Shown: positions 24,694 through 32,000 of the stretch, piece by piece
How positions within the stretch are numbered: the first letter of the stretch is position 1
Layout: every line of letters begins with the position of its first letter
Translations under genes and position numbers: made by a program
Notes under the pieces: generated by a model
The model's database searches: none
Seen by the model: only the letters and a program-made list of their open reading frames with translations
What the model was told of the DNA's origin: nothing
NCBI GenBank assembly: GCA_964354495.1
Contig: CAYHAA010000001.1
Span: forward strand, 308,075 to 340,074
Reading direction: 5' to 3'
Length of the DNA: 32,000 nt
Source: an uncultured archaeon
Lineage (GTDB): Archaea; Asgardarchaeota; Thorarchaeia; Thorarchaeales; Thorarchaeaceae

Positions 24694-25989
24694 TTAGCCA
24701 TCACCAAGAAACTCCAATTAGAAATCGTAGATGGCGGAGACCTTAGGGGCTTTGCTAATCTCCATCCAAGGACTGCCGATTCACTTGATGCAGACATTGG
24801 CTCAATAGTCATTTTCGAGGATCCCCAAAGTAGTTTCTGGGGAGCAGCAGAGATTCGAAAGAGCAATGATGCATCCGAAGACCGGATTGTGGTTGACACA
24901 CTTGTTCTCGAGGCCTCACTACTGATGGAGGGTGATACTGTCGAGGTCACACTGTATGATGCGGATATGGTAGCTCTCGAATATGTTGAGTTTGGACTCA
25001 AACCCCTTACCGAGAATGCCAATACAGAGGACCTAGTTTCAAGGGCTGCTGAGAAGGTCAGTTCACTGGAAAATATCATTGGCGGGCGCCTTGTCTACCC
25101 CGGAATGTCATTCAACTGGCCAGAGCTTGACGTCAAGGTTGAGATACTCAATACAAGACCGGCTCTATCCGGGAAGAGCTTTGCGAAGCTTGCCTTTGAA
25201 GCCCTTCGGGAACGAACTGGGTATGAGTTCAAGACTGTAGGTATTGCAACTCCTTTCAATGCAGTCCTATGTATCGATACTAGTGGCTCTATGAAGACAA
25301 CCGATGTCCCGGTCCAGGACATCGCTCATGCCCGTGAGGGTTTGAAGGATTTGGCTGGTGATAGTCCCGAAGTGCAGGCCTTTCTGGGACGTTTTGAGGA
25401 GGGCAAGAACGTTAGCCGTGCCGAGGCGGCAGCAATGGCAGTGCTTCTCTATCTCGCAGAGAAGGTCGGTCGCGGCTACGGTGAGAAGGTCGGAGTAATC
25501 ACCTTCGAAAAAGATGTCAGTGAGATGACCTTTCTGAACTCTGAGACTGGTGAGGCTCAACCATTCGTAGAATGCACAGGAAGAGAAAAGGCACTGGGTC
25601 TACAGATAATCAGCACTCATGTCGTGGACAAAGTGGAGGAGGGCGGAACGCTGACTGATATGGGGTCAGCTCTTGCAAAAGCCAGTGACATAATCGGTGA
25701 ATTCGGAAACCCCGAAAAACCGACAATGCTCATTATGCTCACTGACGGAATGACGACTTCGGGTCCACCTCCTCTGAAGGTGCTCAAGGAGAGGTTTCCC
25801 GATAAGTCGAAACTGGCGATATACAGCATTGGCCTAGGAGAAAGAAGCGAAATTGATGAGGAATTGATGCTGGCCATTGCTCAGTATGGAAATGGGACCT
25901 ACCGTCATGTGGATAATATGAGGGACCTGCTTGAATGGTATGGTAAACTTGCAGGTGAATTCGCAGTCGTAATACGTGGCGCCGGATGA
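24694..25989 (+). CDS. CDC48/NSF-N-like (double-psi barrel + alpha/beta subdomain) + vWA with intact MIDAS; DEPDC5/Iml1-N-like architecture; non-canonical start
   Basis: Frame open from 24670 and encodes LAITKKLQLEIVDGGDLRGFANLHP...EDRIVVD before the ORF-track GTG at 24889; MIDAS DTSGS, GTLTDMG, LTDG; YSIGLG; GNGTYRHV. Confidence 0.8.
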   Translation, partial: LAITKKLQLEIVDGGDLRGFANLHPRTADSLDADIGSIVIFEDPQSSFWGAAEIRKSNDASEDRIVVDTLVLEASLLMEGDTVEVTLYDADMVALEYVEFGLKPLTENANTEDLVSRAAEKVSSLENIIGGRLVYPGMSFNWPELDVKVEILNTRPALSGKSFAKLAFEALRERTGYEFKTVGIATPFNAVLCIDTSGSMKTTDVPVQDIAHAREGLKDLAGDSPEVQAFLGRFEEGKNVSRAEAAAMAVLLYLAEKVGRGYGEKVGVITFEKDVSEMTFLNSETGEAQPFVECTGREKALGLQIISTHVVDKVEEGGTLTDMGSALAKASDIIGEFGNPEKPTMLIMLTDGMTTSGPPPLKVLKERFPDKSKLAIYSIGLGERSEIDEELMLAIAQYGNGTYRHVDNMRDLLEWYGKLAGEFAVVIRGAG

Positions 25990-25996
25990 AATCAAA

Positions 25997-27151
25997 TTAA
26001 CGTGGTTCCAAGGCTTGAGCAAGCCCTTCGAGGGTTTCCAAATCCATTTCCTTGATTTGCTCCTCAGGTATTCCCTCCAACATCACCTCAGGAATAGAAA
26101 CCAGGATCGCAGCTTTTTCCTTCCCATATTTCTTTGTGAATTCAGCCATTCTGGGGTCTTCGGTTACTGCTTCTGGTGCGGGTACTTCAATTGGCTTTTC
26201 AACTGCCTTACTGTCACTTTTGCTTGTTGAAGCAAGTAATGCCTCTAACTCCTCAATACTGAGAGTCTTCAGTGTTTCATCTGAAACTGACTCTCGAACT
26301 TCCTTTGGCAGTTTTCTGATGAGAGCCTCGCGAGTTGGTCCTGCTGTCTTCTTCTTGACTGTTGTTACTTTGCGTACTTTGACAGTCTTCTTCTTCTTTT
26401 CCGGAGGGAGCGTTGCAGCCTCCAGCTTGGAAACCAACTCTCTAGCCGATTTGGGAGTCAATCGTTTGAGGTCTTCAGGCGGCAGAGTACCAATTACTTC
26501 CTCCGGCAGTTCGGCTAGGATCGATTCAACTTCCTTGGAGAGCCCTGGAACTTCAGGCTTTGCCTCAGAGGTCTTTCTCTCCTCAGTCAAAAGTATGGGC
26601 GTGGCTTCCAGCTCCTCGACCAATGCGCTCCTATCAATCTCAACATCGAAGTTGCTGGACCGCCATTTAAGGAACCTATTGATGGCATCAGGCCTCATCT
26701 TGATAGAAACGAGCAATTTGTTGATGTCTTCATCGGGCATGTCTGGGAAGTTATTCAGTATTGTATCGATACTGTCTTTGGATACCCGTGCCCATATTGG
26801 TCCATTCAACAGTCTTGAAAGGCCTGAGGCACAATGGGATCTTACCCAGGTGTTCGGGTCCTTCAGTCCTTTCATAAGGACCGGAATTGTGCGTGGCTGA
26901 TGATAGAATGTCAGTGCTTGAGCTGCTGCGATTCTAACATCTGCAACATCGTCTTCCATGATCTTGGCAATTTCATTCACAAGTGCAGGATCTGCTGCCT
27001 CAACCGCTGCAATCAAAGCCCGTTCCCGAACAGTATCCGATGTGTCTGCGAAAGCGCGAATGAGAGCTTTCATCTCTTTCGGATCTGTTCTGGCGAGAAG
27101 ACCAATCTCGTCTGTATTGAATTCCAATAACAGTCTTCTGGTTTCGGGCAA
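25997..27151 (-). CDS. HEAT-repeat protein with Lys-rich linkers and three C-terminal ~33-aa helical repeats
   Basis: GGAGG RBS + TTG; HEAT units VRERAL, DVRIAAAQAL, WVRSHCASGL; repeats listed under findings. Confidence 0.8.
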   Translation of the reverse strand: MPETRRLLLEFNTDEIGLLARTDPKEMKALIRAFADTSDTVRERALIAAVEAADPALVNEIAKIMEDDVADVRIAAAQALTFYHQPRTIPVLMKGLKDPNTWVRSHCASGLSRLLNGPIWARVSKDSIDTILNNFPDMPDEDINKLLVSIKMRPDAINRFLKWRSSNFDVEIDRSALVEELEATPILLTEERKTSEAKPEVPGLSKEVESILAELPEEVIGTLPPEDLKRLTPKSARELVSKLEAATLPPEKKKKTVKVRKVTTVKKKTAGPTREALIRKLPKEVRESVSDETLKTLSIEELEALLASTSKSDSKAVEKPIEVPAPEAVTEDPRMAEFTKKYGKEKAAILVSIPEVMLEGIPEEQIKEMDLETLEGLAQALEPR

Positions 27152-27357
27152 TGATTCTCCTCCATGGACTACGAGTCTAATTCATATGGGATATAATTGT
27201 GATACCAGCTACCTAGCCAACCCTTGTTCGCTTCAATATAGCTGCCTGCTTATATCAGTTCTCACTGTATATTTACTCTTCTCTGATGTCCCAATCTCTT
27301 TCCTTCAACCACATCAGTTTTAGGCATGAGTGAGTACCAGAAGAATGAGTGATTGGG

Positions 27358-28158
27358 ATGAAGAGAGACCCCGGATACGAAGTCTTGATGATTATTCTAT
27401 TCATGGCACTTATGCTCATAATTGTTGAGATGTCGCCAGTTCTCTCTGGGTTGTTTTCGGGTGAGCTCTTCAAACTGGTGGCGACAATCGCCTTCTTAGG
27501 AACCTTCGTGTTGATGTATTTAGTGATCGATGTCTTTGCTCGTTCAGAAGGGTCGTCAATCGGAAAGCTCGGAATCAGCATTAATGAGACTACTTTTCAT
27601 GACATGATAGCTGGTGCGATGGCAGGCACAATAGCTGCCTCAGTGGTGATACTGTTCGCCTTCTATTTCGGGGGTCAATTGCGACCAATTGAACAGATGA
27701 CAGCTGATCTGCTTGTTTCAGAGATAGTCATAACTGCACCTACTGCTGTCTTTGAAGAACTTGCACATCGCGGGTACATCCTCCCTCATCTTGAGGGTCT
27801 AGTAGGCAAGGGCTCCGCAATCGTCATTGGTTCACTATTCTTCTCACTCATTCATTTCGCCTGGTGGGCTACTCCTGGGTTTCCGGTGCACCTCATTCTG
27901 ATTTTCACGTTCAACATCTTTCTTGGTGGTGTTGTACTCTCATTCAGCTACTATTGGTCAGGTAGAAGACTCTGGGTGCCTATTGCTTTCCATTTTGCAT
28001 GGAATATGCTAGCATATATCATATTTCCAGTCTACCCCCGCGATTCAGTCATTCTTCCTGAAATATTCCAGATTGAATGGGGGCTCACAACAATTGTCGG
28101 ATTCTTGATTGGACTGTCTGTCCTCTTTGGGCTTCTTAGCAACAGAAGGAGAGAGTAG
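27358..28158 (+). CDS. CPBP-family (Rce1/Abi/CAAX type II) intramembrane glutamic endopeptidase
   Basis: FEELAHRGY, FSLIHF, AFHFAWN motifs, about 8 TM; start 27349 or 27358. Confidence 0.88.
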   Translation: MKRDPGYEVLMIILFMALMLIIVEMSPVLSGLFSGELFKLVATIAFLGTFVLMYLVIDVFARSEGSSIGKLGISINETTFHDMIAGAMAGTIAASVVILFAFYFGGQLRPIEQMTADLLVSEIVITAPTAVFEELAHRGYILPHLEGLVGKGSAIVIGSLFFSLIHFAWWATPGFPVHLILIFTFNIFLGGVVLSFSYYWSGRRLWVPIAFHFAWNMLAYIIFPVYPRDSVILPEIFQIEWGLTTIVGFLIGLSVLFGLLSNRRRE

Positions 28159-28193
28159 AGAAGGTGCCGGAGTTGCCGACACCCTCATCGTAG

Positions 28194-28907
28194 TTACTGC
28201 TCGTGCCCTACTAGCACATCCTCGGGGCGCGCAACAATCATGGTCATGCCTTTGATGTCAACTATCACAACCTTCTCTCCATTCTTGATTGGAGGCCCAG
28301 TTGTCCTCGCCCACCAGATCTCAGCGCCAGTCTTCACTTTGCCTCTTGGGTTGATGTCTGAAATAGCGTGGATATCAGCGTACTTCATCTGTGAATAAGC
28401 TGGCCACTTGTCGTAGTTTCGAAGGAACGCGAAATAGAGTGCCATCATGCCAATTACGGATCCAGCCATTATATATACAGTCAGTTTGTTCGTTGGATCT
28501 ATGAGAATTGATAGGAAAATGGCAATGCCGTAGACTGGAAAGAGTTTCAGCGATACTTTCGCATCCATGAAACCTCCCTCTACAAAACTGCTGCCACCTG
28601 TGAACACCATAAAGAGAATGTATAGTATGGCCCCTATCACGAACAACATCCAGTATGGAAATGTCACTGGCTCTGGGCTGTATATGCTGGTCATGAAAAT
28701 CTCCATGACAAAGAGGATGACTACTAATGGAACTGTGACTTGTGCCATCGCCTTGCCAGTTGCTGGTTCTAGCGTAATGACGAGTAGAGTCGTGATGATT
28801 GCGAAGAGTATCAAGCCAACTAGGGGATCCACGAGGAAAAGCGTCATGACCATGCTCAATGCTGAGAACATGATCATGACAAGAAAGATCTTGATCCATG
28901 CGTCCAT
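28194..28907 (-). CDS. NfeD-like membrane protein with C-terminal OB fold
   Basis: Multiple TM helices, then GKVKTGAEIWWAR..IKNGEKVVIVDIKGMTMIV; GGAGG RBS before ATG 28907; directly downstream of the SPFH gene. Confidence 0.8.
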   Translation of the reverse strand: MDAWIKIFLVMIMFSALSMVMTLFLVDPLVGLILFAIITTLLVITLEPATGKAMAQVTVPLVVILFVMEIFMTSIYSPEPVTFPYWMLFVIGAILYILFMVFTGGSSFVEGGFMDAKVSLKLFPVYGIAIFLSILIDPTNKLTVYIMAGSVIGMMALYFAFLRNYDKWPAYSQMKYADIHAISDINPRGKVKTGAEIWWARTTGPPIKNGEKVVIVDIKGMTMIVARPEDVLVGHEQ

Positions 28908-28932
28908 AATGACATCCTCCAATCATAGATGC

Positions 28933-29775
28933 CTACTCTTCGGGTGGTACCGTACCCTTGTTGGCTGGTAGCTTAAGTCCTCCCATTCCTGCTGAGATGG
29001 CCGCAGCAACGCCAGTAGTCAAGCCAACTTCTGGTATATTCGTCGGCACCATGATGATTAGATTGGCGTTCTTTGAGATTTCCTGCATGATGTTCCATGT
29101 ACGAAGGACAAAACCTACATGTGACTCTTCATATCTCTTTGCAGCCTTGAGCATGTTGTCAGCAGCTTCTTGCTCTGCCTGTGCTAGGATGATTCTAGCC
29201 CTCCCTTCTCTTTGAGCCTGAGCCTCTCTGCTCATCGCATCCTGAAGTGCTGACGGAATGACCACATCACGGATCTCAACACTGGTGACTTTGACACCCC
29301 AGTGCTCAGTCTTCTCATCGATGAGTTCCTGCAGGTGCTGAGCAATCTTATCCCTGTCCGACAGCAGCTGGTCAAGTGTCACCTTTCCAGTAGTCTCTCT
29401 CAGGGTTGTCTGAGCTCCTAGCTCTACAGCCACCGTATACCTCTCTACACTGAGTATTGCCTTCTCAACATCAATAACTCTGAAGTACATGACAGCGTCA
29501 ACAACAACTGGGACGTTGTCTTTTGTGAGCGACCTCTCTGTCTTGAACGCATATGTGAGTAGCCTCATTGAGACCTTCATTGCGATTTTGTCCAGTATTG
29601 GTGTCACCCAAATGACTCCCGGCCCCTTCACTGCCTTGTACTTTCCGAGTCTGAGGATTGCTACACGCTCCCATTCTTTGAGGACCTTTATCCCACTAGC
29701 GACAAACATTAGTAGAAAGAATCCGATTACAACGACGAGCGCTAACATTAACGTACCTGTATCGAATAACTGCAA
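28933..29775 (-). CDS. SPFH/band-7 (stomatin-like) protein
   Basis: N-terminal TM, EWERVAILRLG, GPG, TKDNVPVVVDAV, WGVKVTSVEIRDV, EAQAQREGRARII. Confidence 0.92.
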   Translation of the reverse strand: MQLFDTGTLMLALVVVIGFFLLMFVASGIKVLKEWERVAILRLGKYKAVKGPGVIWVTPILDKIAMKVSMRLLTYAFKTERSLTKDNVPVVVDAVMYFRVIDVEKAILSVERYTVAVELGAQTTLRETTGKVTLDQLLSDRDKIAQHLQELIDEKTEHWGVKVTSVEIRDVVIPSALQDAMSREAQAQREGRARIILAQAEQEAADNMLKAAKRYEESHVGFVLRTWNIMQEISKNANLIIMVPTNIPEVGLTTGVAAAISAGMGGLKLPANKGTVPPEE

Positions 29776-29892
29776 TATCTGTACACTCCTGCATGCACCC
29801 GATTACGTGCAGACGTCCAACAGAGTCTTCACGAAACCCTGCATTACTTGTATGCTTTGCCCGAGGTCTTAAGAAGCTTCGTCTCCGGGTAT

Positions 29893-30702
29893 CTACTCTT
29901 CGATAGAAGGCTCGTCAGTATCCTTCGCATTATCAAGTTCAGAGGCCTCTGTTGAAAAGCCCAAAAGATTTCCTATTGCTGTTCCAGAGACTGTCTTGAT
30001 GATAGCCAATAGAACAGATGTCACGACAAATATCACAGCGATTCTTTCGAGGGGATAGATAAAAGCAACGCCCACAAACCAACCACCGACAAGCTCCGGA
30101 GCATAGCTGGTTACATACACAAAATGATACGCAGCTATGGTCCCACCTACTACACTATCTGCAAGCAAAGCGATGAAACTCAGCAACCACAATGTCAGGA
30201 AGTTGAATTCTGGTTTCATCTTGTCATAGTGCATTTCCTTCTTGAGCCACTCCCTAGTCCTAGGGAGGATGAACAATGCAGTAAGAAGCATCGCTACAAG
30301 ATGTAGCCAAATGTAGATGTATGCTATTCCGCCAATTGGACTTACTAGAAAAGCTGCGATCGAAAGTCCGTAGATCAGAATCACGATTCCTGGCTTGTTC
30401 GTTCTCAGACTTCCAGCTATGAATGCACCTGCGGTTGATGCAACCACAGGCACAATCGGCCCCAAGACTCCACCAATGTTGAAGAGCAAGACTCCTAGCA
30501 TTGAACCAATGAATACTGAGATTCCTCCGTAGAGAGGCCCCAACAAGAATCCAATCACAACTCCCGTTACAAGCCCCAGTGAGATGAAGCCTCCTCCGCT
30601 GGTCAGAACAAAGAGAGGAAGCATAGTCATTACAAGGTGAAGTGCAGCAAAGACTCCAACTAACGCCCAATAGAATGTGGTCGAATGGGAATGTCCCAGC
30701 AT
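29893..30702 (-). CDS. ECF-transporter S-component-like membrane protein
   Basis: 'ALVGVFAALHLVM..LP...GGGFISLG...GFLLGPLYG' AxxxA and LLGP motifs; substrate unknown. Confidence 0.6.
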   Translation of the reverse strand: MLGHSHSTTFYWALVGVFAALHLVMTMLPLFVLTSGGGFISLGLVTGVVIGFLLGPLYGGISVFIGSMLGVLLFNIGGVLGPIVPVVASTAGAFIAGSLRTNKPGIVILIYGLSIAAFLVSPIGGIAYIYIWLHLVAMLLTALFILPRTREWLKKEMHYDKMKPEFNFLTLWLLSFIALLADSVVGGTIAAYHFVYVTSYAPELVGGWFVGVAFIYPLERIAVIFVVTSVLLAIIKTVSGTAIGNLLGFSTEASELDNAKDTDEPSIEE

Positions 30703-30822
30703 GTTTCAGCCTCTCGAAGATTGCACCAATGAGAATCAGTGGGCAAGTCTAGACGCACGGATTTCCATTTCTACTATTTGAAGCTACTCAAAATCAAAAA
30801 GCCCCTGATTGACTCATCACAT

Positions 30823-31764
30823 TCAACTACTAGATGATGCCGCAATCCAGAAGAACAGACCGCCCAAGATCCACACAAAAAGGCCCGCACCCAGTAGGAC
30901 CCCAAGCGTAGCTCCCATCCCGGATGAGCCAAAATTCACATGCATATTCGTGAATGCCTTGAAGCCTCCAACATACTTCGTTTCATAATCGCAGTGGAAT
31001 TCCTTGTCAGTCACTGCCCCACATATCTCACAGACGTATCTGTTTTGAAAGACTGCTCCGAGAACGCTGTCAACATTGCAGCCTATGAAGCCAGTCAATA
31101 CAGTAAGAGGTATGAGGACGTAGATCTGTTCAACTGATGTGACTGCAGGTGCCCAACCCGGTACAAAGACTGAGAAGACAACAGCAATTACCCCGATTAT
31201 AAGACCTGCTAAAAGTGCAACACCCTCACCAAGCAAGGAGACTGCGCCGATTGTTCCGGTTGGTACCTTCCTTCGAAGATTGGTGATTAATCTTGGCTTG
31301 CTCTTGCTGAAGACGCCTAATTCGCTAGCCAAAGTATCCGCGGCTGTAGTTGAAACTGCTCCGACATAACCCCCGAAGAGAAAGAACGGCCAGCCTGCAG
31401 CTGCTAAGTCTGGAACGAAACTTACAAGGTACATGGCGACCGAGAACATCATTGGAATGAGTCCACTTCCGAGTACATTCTTCCATGATCTCTTACCTTT
31501 TCCTTCTTGAGCACAGTTCTTCTGCATTTTTGCCTTGTACTTGTATTTCGTGGCAATCCCTGCACTCATGAAATAGAAAAGCACAATCACGAAGGCTGAA
31601 ACGCCACCTGTGTACCAGATAGTAAATCCCACAATGAAGGCACTGATGAGACCAGAAATATCGACAAAGTGAGCCTTATAGGCTAGCGCTCCGACAGCAC
31701 CCATCACCAATAGTCCGGAAACAGCCGGATGCGCAAGTATCTCAAACATTCCTTTCACATCCAT
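30823..31764 (-). CDS. DUF92/TMEM19-family membrane protein
   Basis: KRSWKNVLGSG, AADTLASELG, P.GTIGAVS..G, GCNVDSVLGA..Q, N..VNF. Confidence 0.85.
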   Translation of the reverse strand: MDVKGMFEILAHPAVSGLLVMGAVGALAYKAHFVDISGLISAFIVGFTIWYTGGVSAFVIVLFYFMSAGIATKYKYKAKMQKNCAQEGKGKRSWKNVLGSGLIPMMFSVAMYLVSFVPDLAAAGWPFFLFGGYVGAVSTTAADTLASELGVFSKSKPRLITNLRRKVPTGTIGAVSLLGEGVALLAGLIIGVIAVVFSVFVPGWAPAVTSVEQIYVLIPLTVLTGFIGCNVDSVLGAVFQNRYVCEICGAVTDKEFHCDYETKYVGGFKAFTNMHVNFGSSGMGATLGVLLGAGLFVWILGGLFFWIAASSSS

Positions 31765-32000
31765 GAATTATCATTAGCTTTGTTTAGGGGAATATCATTG
31801 CAATCTACTTCGAATGCTCTATGAGCATATATCATAACCTAATCTACACCAGATTAACACTCTGCCGTTCGGATTTTGCATTTATAGCTTTGCCTTAGGT
31901 ATAGCTATCCTGCAACCTATCTTCGTCAATATGGTGTCTTTCATAAATAGTTCGACAACAGACGAATAACGAATTGTCAAAGTTTAAATCGGCAATAGTC

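Noticed and set aside
16513-25989. Classical MoxR-vWA or anti-phage defence locus
   Set aside because: No Walker A/B AAA ATPase, nuclease, kinase or toxin domain is visible in the cluster
26052-26900. 282-aa plus-strand ORF
   Set aside because: Ser/Phe-rich antisense shadow of the HEAT-repeat gene; no RBS or domain signal
28375-28971. ORFs 28375..28926 (-) and 28567..28971 (+)
   Set aside because: Alternative-frame and antisense shadows of the NfeD gene
1311-31369. Remaining short ORF-track entries nested within or antisense to the called genes
   Set aside because: Fully overlap better-supported genes and lack RBS or motifs
31895-32000. Possible 3' end of a minus-strand gene (TIADLNFDNSLFVCC...SYT*)
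   Set aside because: Only 34 codons visible at the window edge; cannot be told apart from chance
1-32000. CRISPR arrays, IS or transposases, integrases, tRNA or rRNA genes
   Set aside because: No regularly spaced repeats, terminal inverted repeats, recombinase motifs or long GC-rich structured RNA regions seen; intergenic spaces are short

Overview
Gene-dense archaeal chromosomal window with about 34 CDS. I saw no rRNA, tRNA, CRISPR array or mobile element. The gene content (longin domain, PAC2, PDCD5-like, SNAP-like and E2F-like proteins; TATA boxes; GGAGG/GGTGA ribosome-binding sites; many TTG/GTG starts) points to an Asgard archaeon, possibly Thorarchaeia (inference). Housekeeping and metabolic genes: GNAT, aldehyde dehydrogenase, RsmB-type m5C methyltransferase, TatD, PAC2, COG2517 tRNA-binding protein, MazG-like protein, PaaK-like ligase, ArcE-like arginine synthetase, CPBP protease, SPFH/NfeD, ECF S-component, DUF92. 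The most unusual part is 15.5-27.2 kb. It holds an E2F/DP-like transcription factor and four vWA-domain proteins. Three of these share a CDC48/NSF-N-like (double-psi barrel) + vWA architecture resembling the N-terminal half of eukaryotic DEPDC5/Iml1 (GATOR1). An intact amidohydrolase gene and an intact-MIDAS N-domain-vWA gene are mirrored head-to-head by an 887-aa fusion of catalytically dead copies of both. A longin-winged-helix (NPRL2-like architecture) protein and an alpha-SNAP-like protein lie further left. All comparisons with eukaryotic proteins were made by eye against remembered sequences and need profile or structure confirmation.
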